The translations under genes and the position numbers were made by a program. Shown in pieces: positions 18,155-28,295 of a DNA stretch of 39,501 nucleotides. The number at the start of each line of letters is the position of its first letter. Positions within the stretch are counted from its first letter, which is position 1. Source of the DNA: a virus (Duplodnaviria > Heunggongvirae > Uroviricota > Caudoviricetes); the IMG/VR virus record IMGVR_UViG_2671180547_000005. One strand, 5' to 3'. The notes beneath the pieces were generated by a model that did not search any database, was not told the DNA's origin, and saw only the letters and a program-made list of their open reading frames with translations.

Positions 18155-18510
18155 GCGCGCGCCTTTTTCGCCTGTCTGGCGTTATTGCCGGTCTTTTTCC
18201 GGGGAGCATCCTGTACGGTTTCGGCTTCGGCTAAATCTGCACCGGTCTCTGCATGAACCACACCCGCCACGGCTCCCGCATCATCACCAGGCGTCTGTAG
18301 TATTCGTACAGTGAGGCATGGCTCCGCTTCCAGTCGGGCAAGCTGCTCCGGGGTGACGTCAACCTGCTGGCGTCCCCGCATGAACAGGAACCCCGCACGA
18401 CGAAAATGCGTACGACTGCAACGCACTTCTGCCAGTACCGTGACAGGACTGTCACCACTGACCTGAAGGCCTGAATCATCTGTTGCTGCCACAGTGTGAT
18501 GTTCATTCAT
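18151..18510 (-). CDS. Mu gp35-like hypothetical head protein
   Basis: 119 aa; position after the major capsid gene. Confidence 0.45.
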   Translation of the reverse strand: MNEHHTVAATDDSGLQVSGDSPVTVLAEVRCSRTHFRRAGFLFMRGRQQVDVTPEQLARLEAEPCLTVRILQTPGDDAGAVAGVVHAETGADLAEAETVQDAPRKKTGNNARQAKKARA

Positions 18511-18553
18511 ATTTGCCCTCCGCAGGGGCCGGGCCGTAAGCCCGGCTCACCGT

Positions 18554-19501
18554 TTACAGATAATCCGCGACAACCAGCTCCAGCTTGCCCTTCATCTCGT
18601 TAGAGACTGTGGCGTTACCGTCTGCGAACAGCTCGCGCTCCAGCAGCTGCACCGCCTGTTTTTCCAGCGAGGTGGGGACAACAATATGGGTGGGTTTGAT
18701 GCCGAGTTTGCGGCCACCGTCAGCCTTAAAGTCACGCATGGCTGACCAGCCGTGCCACAGCGCATCCAGCGTCAGCGGTGACTGCATCATGTAGGCCATC
18801 TGCCAGAAGCCGTAGCCCACATTGCGACGGGCGGAAGCACCGAACACAAACTCGTTATCAGTAAACGCACGGCCTTCATCGACTTTTGTCTGGGCAACCA
18901 GTTCGGCTTTGCGGCGATCCTGATAAATCAGCGGTTTTACCGCGCGGGAGCAGTCAAGCAGATACCAGGCCGGGCCGCTGTAATCCGCCTGTGCACCGAC
19001 AGAGCCGGTTTTTGCCACAAACATATTGCTGACCATCTGTGCATCACCGGAGCCATCCACTTTGGGGTAAACAGGGTGTTCGGTATCAAAGAAGTTCTGG
19101 CCGTCATAGCAGGCCGCATTCAGACCATCACGCAGTGCAGCAAAGACCAGTTCATCCGGTTGTGCCGCAGCGGCACGACCCATTTCCTGGAATAACGGGG
19201 AGTAGATGCCGAGATTGTCGTCTTCAAAGTCATCGCGGCTAATGGCAACGGTGCCTTCAAAGGTTTTGTTCACGATGGCGTAGCCATAGGCTTTCATCTT
19301 CTCGATGACGCGGGAGCCGATCCACTCACGGAACTGCGGGAACTGCCCCAGCCAGCCGTAGGTGTTGGATTTCGAGGTGGACGGCACGGTCATCGCAATT
19401 TTCTGGTACTGCGACGGAGCCATGGACATCCCGGCCTGAAAATCAGAACGGTAGCCCGTCATCAGGGCGGTGATCATCGCCGGTGTAATCGGGGTAGGCA
19501 T
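18554..19501 (-). CDS. Major capsid protein (Mu T-like)
   Basis: 315 aa following the protease/scaffold gene. Confidence 0.8.
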   Translation of the reverse strand: MPTPITPAMITALMTGYRSDFQAGMSMAPSQYQKIAMTVPSTSKSNTYGWLGQFPQFREWIGSRVIEKMKAYGYAIVNKTFEGTVAISRDDFEDDNLGIYSPLFQEMGRAAAAQPDELVFAALRDGLNAACYDGQNFFDTEHPVYPKVDGSGDAQMVSNMFVAKTGSVGAQADYSGPAWYLLDCSRAVKPLIYQDRRKAELVAQTKVDEGRAFTDNEFVFGASARRNVGYGFWQMAYMMQSPLTLDALWHGWSAMRDFKADGGRKLGIKPTHIVVPTSLEKQAVQLLERELFADGNATVSNEMKGKLELVVADYL

Positions 19502-20634
19502 TATTGCATTTCCTCTTTCATTTTCAGGAACTCGGCTTCGGTTTTACCCAACAGACGTGCGGCGGCGATATCTTCAGCCGACAGCACAGCGGTGGCGGTC
19601 TTTTTATCCGGCACGGTTACGGTGTCGGTCTGAAGAGTGGTCAGAGCCGCAACCGGCTGGCGGGCGTCAAGCTGTGCAGAAAGTGCCGCGACGCCAATCT
19701 GTTGTCCGAGTCCTTCCATGTATCCGCGTTCGCTTTTGAAAATGCGTCCTTCGGACTCGGCCTTATCCAGCAACTGCTCCAGCGTGGTGCTGCCGTGTTG
19801 TGCCGACAGCGCGGCATATTCGGTACGCAGGGCGTTATACGTCTCAACGGGCACATATTTCGTCAGATCAATAGTGCCGCCAGTTGGTGTGCCTTTTGCG
19901 GTTTCCAGTTCTGCCGACAGGCTGGCAACCTGCGTTTTCAGGGTGTCGTGCGCATCCGCACGGGTTTTGATCCCGGTAAGGGCAGACAGCGCCGCCGTGC
20001 CCAGTTCCGGTGTAAATTCGTCACCGTCAGCCACGGTCAGACCGAGCGCCGTCAGCAACTGGCGTAATTGCTCATTCATGGGGGATTGCTCCTGAGAAGG
20101 GGAAACGACATAGAGATCATCAGCACTGAGTGCCGCGACAGGGTTCATACCCGTAATACCCGGATCATTCGTCAGGGAAGCCATGCGCAACAGGTAGGGT
20201 TCCCCGGTGTCAGCGAAATAATGCATATATGCAGACAGATAGGCATATTCACGGTCATCAATATGTTTTTGTGCCTGTGGTGTCCATTCAGGTTTAATGA
20301 AAATCCCCTGACCCTCACGCCATTCGATGTTTTCCGGCTTAACCCATCCTGCAGCAATAGCCTTGAATCCGTTTTTCTGCGCATTCACGGAGTGATGGTC
20401 ATAATCAATCAGTAACGGCTGATGCAGGGCGGAAAGCCCGGCTTTCATCCGGTTACAGGCGGATTCGTTAATCAGCCAGCCTTCAGTCGGTTTTTCCGGG
20501 CGACCGTCACGGGCCTTTACCCGACCGGCTGGCAGTAACTGACACCATCCGTCGCCGGATGCAGTCAGCGAAGCTGAAAGCACGGCTAAACCGGAGGGGC
20601 GATTTGCGTCTTTTGGGTGATTTTCTGTCTTCAT
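19501..20634 (-). CDS. Head maturation protease / scaffold (Mu I/Z-like)
   Basis: 377 aa; position and size. Confidence 0.75.
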   Translation of the reverse strand: MKTENHPKDANRPSGLAVLSASLTASGDGWCQLLPAGRVKARDGRPEKPTEGWLINESACNRMKAGLSALHQPLLIDYDHHSVNAQKNGFKAIAAGWVKPENIEWREGQGIFIKPEWTPQAQKHIDDREYAYLSAYMHYFADTGEPYLLRMASLTNDPGITGMNPVAALSADDLYVVSPSQEQSPMNEQLRQLLTALGLTVADGDEFTPELGTAALSALTGIKTRADAHDTLKTQVASLSAELETAKGTPTGGTIDLTKYVPVETYNALRTEYAALSAQHGSTTLEQLLDKAESEGRIFKSERGYMEGLGQQIGVAALSAQLDARQPVAALTTLQTDTVTVPDKKTATAVLSAEDIAAARLLGKTEAEFLKMKEEMQ

Positions 20635-20811
20635 ACCGGCAGCATAAGCCGGGTATTTTTGGGGCTGGTTTTGCGGGACTTCAGAAAGTGCTGACAGGGG
20701 GGGAATGAGAAAGGCGCTTCACGCAGATTTTAAAGCCCGTTAAATACAGGTTAGAAAATCACGACACGCGCCTGAAGGGGGTAAGGTAATACGTTTGCAT
20801 ACCTTAAACCA

Positions 20812-21285
20812 TTACGGCGTTTCTGTGGCCTTTTTAAAGCGTTTTCTGATTTCGTCCATGATCTCCTGTTCTGCCACCTGATCAAAGCCCATATACGGAC
20901 GTGCGCCAATGGCCGCCGGTCCCGGTGGCATACCAGGCAGGCCACCCCACTGATGAATGGCTGCATAAGGTTCATTTGATCCAATCAGCGCCCAGGTATC
21001 GCCATAATCCGTGGTCAGGCGGCGGGCCAGATCGCCGTTCAGCGTCAGGATTTTGCCGGGCGTGTATCCCTTACGGGTACGCCACTCACGGTAAGGATCT
21101 GACCAGTCATGCCAGCGTTCACCATCCGGCTCTTTTTCCTGCTCAAACGCCATTTCTGACGATGACAGAAGACTCGCCGCCACACTGCGGGCCAGGTCTT
21201 TTCCGCCGCCCACAAACTGAAGCCGGGCAAACACTCGCTGGAGACGCGTAACGTCAACAACGACAGCTGCATCAATGGATGACAT
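20812..21285 (-). CDS. Virion morphogenesis protein (Mu G-like)
   Basis: 157 aa; position. Confidence 0.6.
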   Translation of the reverse strand: MSSIDAAVVVDVTRLQRVFARLQFVGGGKDLARSVAASLLSSSEMAFEQEKEPDGERWHDWSDPYREWRTRKGYTPGKILTLNGDLARRLTTDYGDTWALIGSNEPYAAIHQWGGLPGMPPGPAAIGARPYMGFDQVAEQEIMDEIRKRFKKATETP

Positions 21286-21406
21286 ATTGCCTCCGCATAA
21301 AGGATGAATATAAAATAAACAGGCGGTCAGTGTACGCTTAACTGGTAAAGTCGGTGCCTGCCTCCGGGTGGATCATGTATGCGGGTTCGACCCCCGCCAC
21401 TGACCG

Positions 21407-22738
21407 TTAATCAATTTGTCCTTCCAGCACCTCAAGCATTCCGCCCCGGATATCCGATTTCAGCTTATCCATATTGATAACCCGGTAAGCATTCACAATC
21501 ACATCCAGTTTGTCGGGCTGACGTTTCAGACTGTACGGTGCATTAACGGCAATCTGCACACTGCCATCCTGATTTTCCACGATATACATCAGATTGTTGT
21601 GCCGTTTGTCCCACAGTACCGCTTTTGGCCTTGCCAGCATTGCCGGTAAGCGCCCGAAGTCCTCCGGCGTCAGAGCGATGCCGTCATTCTGATGTTTCAC
21701 ACTGTCCGCATGGAGCACATTTTTACCGCTCATCGCCAGCAGGCGGGCCGGTGGCGTTCCCGTCCGGCTTTCCACTGCCTGCGCAATGCTTTCAGTCATA
21801 AAGCCCAGCGTGCGGATATCGTTACCACCTCGCCGGGTCTGCATGATGTTTTTTGCCCAGATGCGGAACGCCAGCTGCCGCTCCGGGCTGTTGTTCATCT
21901 CCTGAACCACCATTTCCCGTAACGCCGGGCTTTTCACCTCGATCAGTTTGCGGATCAGCGCCTGGTCTGTGCCGAACGCTGCCGAGCCGGGGTTATATGA
22001 CCAGCCCACATCCGGTGTCATGGTTCTGGCGCCATCTGAATATGTGGTCACCGGCATTTCTCTGACTTCTCCGGTCTGTTTATCCACGCCAGCCTCAACA
22101 TTGCGGGTGGAGAGATGATCCTCACCGGATGAAACGGATAACCCCATTGCATCCAGACGGGCCTGAGACAATGGCCGCACACGGCAGCGGCAGTTCCAGC
22201 CATTGGGCGGGTAGTGTGTTTTCCAGAACGGATCGTCATAGCGGAATACCAGACCGTTAAGGGCGGAATGCGACGGGCGGGTACGGCTGTCCATGACCGC
22301 CACATACTGCCAGAACGGATGCGTGTCCGTGTTGTTCATCATCTGCGTGTAACGCCCGGCATTGTAAGCCACACGGGTGTTCACGTTGTAAATCAGCGCC
22401 AGACGACGGGGACTGCCCTGCTGCACTTCTTCCGCGTTACCGTCGCTGTCCACCACAATCTGCTTTCCCCACCATCCCAGCTTTTGCAGGCGTGGCGTCA
22501 GTGTGCGGATAAATTCTTTCTGTGAAATCCCCTCATCAATGGCCCGCTGCACTTCGGCCTGTAATGTGGTTACCACATCCAGCCGTGCCGTTTTTGCTGC
22601 CGTGAATGAGCGGGCATGAACATCCGCGTCTGTTTCGAACCAGTTCCAGCTGATATGCGCCCCTTTGGCGCGGAAGTATGCCACCGTCTCTTTTGAGGGA
22701 AGCGTGGCGGCATAACCTAAATCAATCCCCTGAGCCAT
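21407..22738 (-). CDS. Head morphogenesis protein (Mu F-like)
   Basis: 443 aa downstream of the portal gene. Confidence 0.75.
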   Translation of the reverse strand: MAQGIDLGYAATLPSKETVAYFRAKGAHISWNWFETDADVHARSFTAAKTARLDVVTTLQAEVQRAIDEGISQKEFIRTLTPRLQKLGWWGKQIVVDSDGNAEEVQQGSPRRLALIYNVNTRVAYNAGRYTQMMNNTDTHPFWQYVAVMDSRTRPSHSALNGLVFRYDDPFWKTHYPPNGWNCRCRVRPLSQARLDAMGLSVSSGEDHLSTRNVEAGVDKQTGEVREMPVTTYSDGARTMTPDVGWSYNPGSAAFGTDQALIRKLIEVKSPALREMVVQEMNNSPERQLAFRIWAKNIMQTRRGGNDIRTLGFMTESIAQAVESRTGTPPARLLAMSGKNVLHADSVKHQNDGIALTPEDFGRLPAMLARPKAVLWDKRHNNLMYIVENQDGSVQIAVNAPYSLKRQPDKLDVIVNAYRVINMDKLKSDIRGGMLEVLEGQID

Positions 22739-24311
22739 CCAGCATCCCCTTCATTTCCGCAGCAAACATGGCATCACTGAGCAGCGTCATCAGGCGGGAA
22801 TCATCCATTTCACGGTAAAGGGCAGGCAGGTCTGCCAGTGCCTCCGCCAGCCCCCGCGTTCTGATGACATCAATGACCGGCTCCAGCACCGGATCGATGG
22901 CCTCCTGTAAGCGGCGGGCAGGCACCGCGTCCCCCATGTCGTCCAGTTCATCACGCGGCGTGTTTTTCGCTTCCGGCAGTCGGGCTGAAAGCGCCGTCTG
23001 TTCTGTCTTTTCCTGTTTTTCCGGTAGCGTTTCCCTGTCAGGCATGGCCGGTTCATTACTGCTCTGACGGACACGGAATATGGCTTCACCGGGCGTGGGC
23101 TGTGGAATACCGGTCTGATCCCGTACCCAGGGATCAGGAATATCCATCCCCGCACTGAGTTGCATCACCGCACTGGCTATTTTGGTGATATCCCCCGGTT
23201 CTTTGGTCTGGAAACAGATACGCGGCAGGCGACGGATATCAATGGCGTGGGCGGTGTTCAGGGCATACAGCGGATACACCAGATCGCGGTTCAGGGTTGC
23301 AGCCAGCTGGCGTAAATCAGAATCCCTGATTTCCCGGCGCACCTCGTTATGCACCTCACCCAGCGAGCGCGCGCCTTTGTCTCCGGCTTCTGTGGTCAGC
23401 GTGCCGCCGAGTATTGCTTTGGAGATGGAACGCTCACCCCACGAAATCATGGTTTCAAACGGATCGGCCTGACCGTTCGCTGCCGCCTGAAACTCCAGCG
23501 ACATCCCGGCCGGGATGATCCCGCCTGTACGTCGCCCGATATCCATCACCGCCCGCATCAGGGCACTTTTCTGCTCCGGTGTTGCCCCGGACGGGTATTT
23601 CCCGACCTTCATTGGCAGGCCGTACACCTCCAGAAATTCCGCCAGATCGCGCACGGAATAGTTTTTGAAAATGAACGGCCAGATAAGCGTTCTGACAAGC
23701 CCCGTCGCACCACCGTAGCCGGTGCGTGAACGCGACTGATGCACTATCCAGCCAAAGGGCTGAAACGCCACCCCGGCATGGCTGCCGTCACGCAGCCGCA
23801 GTTCGCTCAAATCATCCGGGTTAAGGCAGAAATGCCCGCTGTCACGCCAGCGGATGGCGCGGATGATGTGCATTTTACCGAGCATCCCGTGCTCAATTTC
23901 CATGCAGGAATAGCCCTTCAGGATGGCATCCGTGGCGTCAAACAGCATGGCATCAAACCAGTCTGCGGAATGCAGATATTCGTCGAGCATTTCCGCGTCC
24001 TTTTTCTCATTCGCGCTGGCGTTCGGTGGCGGCTCAATACTCCATGGCACCCCCTGAATGGCAAGACGTCGCTTGCCCAGCTCCGCAAAAAGGTGGGTGT
24101 CCTTTTCTTCAATATCAGCGGCCAGATCGGACTGGGCAATCAGATCGCCACGTTCAGCCCCGCGAAGGCACTGCGCCGCCCGGTTCGGGGTGATACCCGA
24201 AGCCGGATGTTCAATATAACGGCTGGCAATCTGCGGAATATCCAGCGCGGCACTCTGCATCTCCGGGTCAAAGGAGAAAGGTTTTCCGTCAGTATCAATG
24301 ATGCGTCCCAC
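22722..24311 (-). CDS. Portal protein (Mu H-like)
   Basis: 529 aa following the terminase. Confidence 0.8.
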   Translation of the reverse strand: MGRIIDTDGKPFSFDPEMQSAALDIPQIASRYIEHPASGITPNRAAQCLRGAERGDLIAQSDLAADIEEKDTHLFAELGKRRLAIQGVPWSIEPPPNASANEKKDAEMLDEYLHSADWFDAMLFDATDAILKGYSCMEIEHGMLGKMHIIRAIRWRDSGHFCLNPDDLSELRLRDGSHAGVAFQPFGWIVHQSRSRTGYGGATGLVRTLIWPFIFKNYSVRDLAEFLEVYGLPMKVGKYPSGATPEQKSALMRAVMDIGRRTGGIIPAGMSLEFQAAANGQADPFETMISWGERSISKAILGGTLTTEAGDKGARSLGEVHNEVRREIRDSDLRQLAATLNRDLVYPLYALNTAHAIDIRRLPRICFQTKEPGDITKIASAVMQLSAGMDIPDPWVRDQTGIPQPTPGEAIFRVRQSSNEPAMPDRETLPEKQEKTEQTALSARLPEAKNTPRDELDDMGDAVPARRLQEAIDPVLEPVIDVIRTRGLAEALADLPALYREMDDSRLMTLLSDAMFAAEMKGMLDGSGD

Positions 24312-25978
24312 TACCAGCCCCCCCGATCAAATTCATGATATGCCTCATCGTCATCACGATAACCGCCCTCCATTGCCCGCGACCGCTCCTGTAGCGCCTG
24401 ACAGGCTGATTCATCCAGGATGAAGCCCTCCATGTATGACGCCCGGTTTGCCATACAGAGCGCCACGGCAAAATCACCATGGCGGCGGGCGTTCGCAGCC
24501 GTTGCGTTCTGGTCCTTCGTGCGCCCCTTGTCGATTTGCGGGATACCATTCACTACCTTCACATGGCGCAAATCATCAAGCGTGGTCTGATGGCGGGCGA
24601 CGAGGATATTCTGATCTTCAAACTCGGCTTTCAGTTTTGGCATCCACTCGCCGTACCACTTCGGCGACAACATCACGCAGTCGATGATGTCCGGGCCAAA
24701 GGCCAGCAGTGCGGCCTCTGCCAGATAGCCGCCGTTACCGGTGGCGTCGAACGCCGCACCGACCAGCGCCGGAACGCGGGTCAGGATGTACATCATCACC
24801 TGTTCCTGCTGGGCATACGGCAGGTTGCGCAGCTCCACGCGAAACACCTCGCGCTTTGCCAGGGATTCGGTGATTTCCAGCAGCACAAAGCAGGACAGGT
24901 CACCGGTGCGGGCAAAGTCTTCCCCGAAGCTGAAGCGGGAACGGGGATTTAATTTCTCTAAAAGCGGTTTTAAATGTTCTTCACACCAGGTTAAAACTTC
25001 CGATTCACGCAGCCATGCGGCACGGCTGATGAAGTTGTCCGGGGCTTCAAACGTCAGAATCGGGATGTCGCGGATCATCGCCATTTCAATAAGCGCGTGG
25101 GGGATATAGGCACCGCCGGATTTTTTCGGGATACAGCCGTATTCCTCGTCGGCATCCTCACGGGTCGGGGCGTTTTTGTAGAGATCATCACGCCATTTCT
25201 GCTCGCTTTCCGGTGACCATTCCTGATCGGTGACGTAACAGATACGACGGTACAGCCCGTCCGCAATGGCATCATCCAGGGTTATGCGGTGGACGCTGTA
25301 ATCCTTGCGCCCCTCGCGGGCTTCCTGAATGTACTGATTAAACAGATTATCGACGCCGTTATGCGTGGAGATAATACGCACGCGCGCGCCCCACATAGTG
25401 AGCGCCATTGCCGCCTTGAGAAGCTCATCCAGTGACTCGTGGAACGCGGCTTCATCAATCACCACATCCCCCTGAAGGCCGCGCAGGTTTGACGGACGGG
25501 AAGACAATGCCTGAATTTTGAATCCACTGTTCGGAAAGCGGATCATGTAGGTCAAAATTTCTTCTTTTTTATCCCGATCCCAGAATGTCTGCTCATACAC
25601 ATCAGCATCTGCCAGCTGGTTAAAGGCACGGGAGAACAGCGCGCAGGCAGAAATATATTCCAGCGCCATCTCCTGCTTTGATCCCACATAAAACACATTG
25701 CGGCCACCACGACGCTTCGGTTTTGCAGCAGTAATGACGTTACGCCCGGCTTCCGCCCAGGTAAGACCGGTGCGGCGGGATTTCTCCGCGATGCAGACCT
25801 GACTTTCATCTGCAAACCAGCGGGCCTGATAATCCAGAAACACCGGCATATCACCGGGCAAATCAAGGCTGTCCGGCACATCCACGCCCAGCAGGGCTTT
25901 TTCACCTGACAGATCAATTTTGCGGGGAGGCGTCATTTGCATCAGTGAAGGCGACGTTTCTCTGGCTTTGTTCATCAT
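24311..25978 (-). CDS. Terminase large subunit (Mu gp28-like)
   Basis: 555 aa; position and size. Confidence 0.8.
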   Translation of the reverse strand: MMNKARETSPSLMQMTPPRKIDLSGEKALLGVDVPDSLDLPGDMPVFLDYQARWFADESQVCIAEKSRRTGLTWAEAGRNVITAAKPKRRGGRNVFYVGSKQEMALEYISACALFSRAFNQLADADVYEQTFWDRDKKEEILTYMIRFPNSGFKIQALSSRPSNLRGLQGDVVIDEAAFHESLDELLKAAMALTMWGARVRIISTHNGVDNLFNQYIQEAREGRKDYSVHRITLDDAIADGLYRRICYVTDQEWSPESEQKWRDDLYKNAPTREDADEEYGCIPKKSGGAYIPHALIEMAMIRDIPILTFEAPDNFISRAAWLRESEVLTWCEEHLKPLLEKLNPRSRFSFGEDFARTGDLSCFVLLEITESLAKREVFRVELRNLPYAQQEQVMMYILTRVPALVGAAFDATGNGGYLAEAALLAFGPDIIDCVMLSPKWYGEWMPKLKAEFEDQNILVARHQTTLDDLRHVKVVNGIPQIDKGRTKDQNATAANARRHGDFAVALCMANRASYMEGFILDESACQALQERSRAMEGGYRDDDEAYHEFDRGGW

Positions 25979-26223
25979 GCTTTACCTGTCAGAATGCTTT
26001 TGATTCGGGACTCAAGCTCTTCAGTCATCACGTCCACGCCGCTCAACTCATCAGTGGCAGCCTCTGCCAGCAGCGAATGCAGTTGTTCCAGGGATATTTC
26101 CCCGGCAATGCTGAGTTCAGTCAACTCACGACATACCTTTATGGTTTCAGGAGGTAACTGTGTTGCAAGACTGAATGCTTTCTGATGGGCACTGCTCATC
26201 AGTGAGCGGTTATCTGTTGCCAT
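25975..26223 (-). CDS. Small protein sharing a C-terminal domain with the upstream gp27-like protein
   Basis: 82 aa; C-terminus AATDELSGVDVMTEELESRIKSILTGKA versus AVTDELRGVDGMSEQIEFRIRQMLLGKA in the neighbour. Confidence 0.5.
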   Translation of the reverse strand: MATDNRSLMSSAHQKAFSLATQLPPETIKVCRELTELSIAGEISLEQLHSLLAEAATDELSGVDVMTEELESRIKSILTGKA

Positions 26224-26233
26224 GATTCACCTC

Positions 26234-26815
26234 CTACGCCTTACCCAGCAGCATCTGCCTGATACGGAATTCGATCTGCTCGCTCATGCCATCCACGCCG
26301 CGCAACTCATCGGTGACCGCATTCGCCATCTCTTCAGCAAATGCGGCCCGGATTTCTTTTTCACGCTTAATGCTGCGCTCGGCGGCACTTTCTGCACGCT
26401 GTGCCGACAGGAGGATGTCCTTAATAAGGCGCATATCCACATCGCTGTCGCTGTTCAGGGATTCGGTGGCGGCACGCAGACGGCGGTACATCAGGGCACG
26501 GGACATCTCCAGAATCAGTGCCGTGGTTTCACCGGTCGGCTTATCCCCCAGTTCGGCCATCATGGCTTTTGTCTGCTCGCGTAAATCACGCAGATTACGG
26601 GCAATCAGCTCATTACGGGAGGCTTCCCGGCTGATGGCCGCCGGTGAGAGCTGCTGCTCTTCCGGCAGACCTGCTTCACGGATCAGACGGTTGATTTCCT
26701 CGCGGATCTGGACCTGCGTCAGACGTTTTTCACGCAGCATTTCCAGCAGCGGCTTACGGATGCTGTCGGGGAGCAAATCCACCTTGCGTACACGGCCACG
26801 CGCTGGCTTATCCAT
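26234..26815 (-). CDS. Mu gp27-like protein (putative terminase small subunit)
   Basis: 193 aa immediately upstream of the terminase large subunit. Confidence 0.6.
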   Translation of the reverse strand: MDKPARGRVRKVDLLPDSIRKPLLEMLREKRLTQVQIREEINRLIREAGLPEEQQLSPAAISREASRNELIARNLRDLREQTKAMMAELGDKPTGETTALILEMSRALMYRRLRAATESLNSDSDVDMRLIKDILLSAQRAESAAERSIKREKEIRAAFAEEMANAVTDELRGVDGMSEQIEFRIRQMLLGKA

Positions 26816-26817
26816 CG

Positions 26818-27108
26818 TTACCCCCTTGCGCGTGGTTTCTTCACACCCGGAACGGTGGCGCGGCCTTCCGCCACATCCTGACCCCGGCCGGTCAGTTCAG
26901 CGATGAAATAACCGTTAACAAGCGTGCGCTTACGCACCAGTCCCTGCTCGGCAAGCCAGGCAATGTGGGTATGAACGGTGTCGCGGGACACGCGGTGACC
27001 GTAATCATCCAGGCAGTCCTGAAGCACGGATTCGCCCAGTTCGCCGTTGTAATCCGCCAGCGACCGCAGAATGACAAGACGCTGATCTTCAGTAATGAAA
27101 TCACTCAT
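26818..27108 (-). CDS. Small putative winged-helix DNA-binding protein
   Basis: 96 aa; position. Confidence 0.4.
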   Translation of the reverse strand: MSDFITEDQRLVILRSLADYNGELGESVLQDCLDDYGHRVSRDTVHTHIAWLAEQGLVRKRTLVNGYFIAELTGRGQDVAEGRATVPGVKKPRARG

Positions 27109-27412
27109 TGTGTTTTTTCCTTACAGCCTGCTCCAGCAGCAGTTCGTTCTGATGGGAGACGGATTTCAGGGTGGCATTGGTGGCCTTAAGCTCACCGCGC
27201 AGGGTGGTGATTTCGATATTGAGTCTGTTCACCTCCTGCTGCGTGGGCAGGCCGGAAATCCGGCTCTCCACCCGCTCAACCCGGTCGGAGAGTTTTTCAA
27301 AGGCCTCGCGGGGGACAAAGGTTTTGCGCATCAGCGCCATGAAGATCCCCCCGGCTGTGGCCGTTGCCGACAGGATCGGCACGACATAATCTTTAACGAT
27401 GCTGACCCACAT
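27101..27412 (-). CDS. Membrane protein with coiled coil (holin/releasin candidate)
   Basis: 103 aa; N-terminal hydrophobic segment VPILSATATAGGIFMALM then a coiled coil; lies in the lysis region. Confidence 0.4.
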   Translation of the reverse strand: MWVSIVKDYVVPILSATATAGGIFMALMRKTFVPREAFEKLSDRVERVESRISGLPTQQEVNRLNIEITTLRGELKATNATLKSVSHQNELLLEQAVRKKHNE

Positions 27413-27620
27413 GACCGGCCTCCATGATGTTCTGGCAGTTCACACAACGGATGGCATCCGGCACGGCAACCAGACGGGCAGCCGGAATGTCACCCCCGCA
27501 GTCCGCGCATACACGCCTGCCCGGTGTCTCCGCCACCCGGCGCTTACGTGTCAGCCGGTCACAAAGGGCGCGTTCTGTTGCACGCTCCATGACTGCCTGA
27601 GCACAATCTGAATCATCCAT
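27393..27620 (-). CDS. TraR/DksA-family C4 zinc-finger protein
   Basis: CADCGG ... CVNCQ motif; start taken at the internal Met giving MDDSDCAQAV. Confidence 0.65.
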   Translation of the reverse strand: MDDSDCAQAVMERATERALCDRLTRKRRVAETPGRRVCADCGGDIPAARLVAVPDAIRCVNCQNIMEAGHVGQHR

Positions 27621-27630
27621 ACCTTTTTCC

Positions 27631-28002
27631 TTACTTCGTCTTTCCTGCCGGAACAGCAGTCGTTCCGGCCATATCAGTAAATTCATGCTGTCGCTGTGTC
27701 TCCAGACGGCGGATGCTGGCCTTGTCCACGTTGCAGTTTTTAATCACCGCCAGCAGTTGCAGGTTGTAAGTGACCGATGCACCAAACGTGAACGGCTGCG
27801 GCGCGGGAGGGACCAGGCAGTCAGCCAGCCATTCAGCGGGGATCGGCACCGGCTTCACCGGCACGTATTTCACAGACGGCCCGCCGCACCCGGTCAGCCA
27901 CATCATCAGGCACAGGCACAGCGGCAGCAGGCACCGTTGCCAGTGACCGGCGGACAATGCTCTGCTGTTCCTCGCTGTGCTGCATGTTCTGCTGTTTTTC
28001 AT
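27631..28002 (-). CDS. o-spanin (Rz1-like lipoprotein), overlapping the i-spanin
   Basis: Lipobox LTGC after a hydrophobic stretch; Pro-rich; start is approximate. Confidence 0.55.
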   Translation of the reverse strand: MKNSRTCSTARNSRALSAGHWQRCLLPLCLCLMMWLTGCGGPSVKYVPVKPVPIPAEWLADCLVPPAPQPFTFGASVTYNLQLLAVIKNCNVDKASIRRLETQRQHEFTDMAGTTAVPAGKTK

Positions 28003-28231
28003 TCGTGGCCGCCTTGCTGATTTGTGAAATGAGTTGCAGGGTGCGTTGCTGGTTTGCCAGCACCAGACGGGCTTCGTCCCGTTCACGCACAAGCACATGA
28101 TTATTGTCCTCAAGGCGCTGCGTCTTCTGGTGCATTCCCCATACCACGGCAGCCAGCACGCTCATCACCCCCAGCGCCGCCATACAGCCTCCGGCAATCA
28201 GGGCCGGTAAGGGATTGTTCACCGCAGACAC
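27833..28231 (-). CDS. i-spanin (Rz-like)
   Basis: N-terminal transmembrane segment then a coiled coil; directly downstream of the endolysin; start is approximate. Confidence 0.5.
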   Translation of the reverse strand: MSAVNNPLPALIAGGCMAALGVMSVLAAVVWGMHQKTQRLEDNNHVLVRERDEARLVLANQQRTLQLISQISKAATNEKQQNMQHSEEQQSIVRRSLATVPAAAVPVPDDVADRVRRAVCEIRAGEAGADPR

Positions 28232-28295
28232 AGCACACCCCGCAGCAGCACAACGGCACACAGCAGCGCAATCATGAGCGGTCGCCAGAAGCGGT

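Noticed and set aside
19504-20095. Plus-strand ORFs overlapping the protease/scaffold gene
   Set aside because: Antisense to a well-supported gene; no ribosome-binding site and low-complexity translation.
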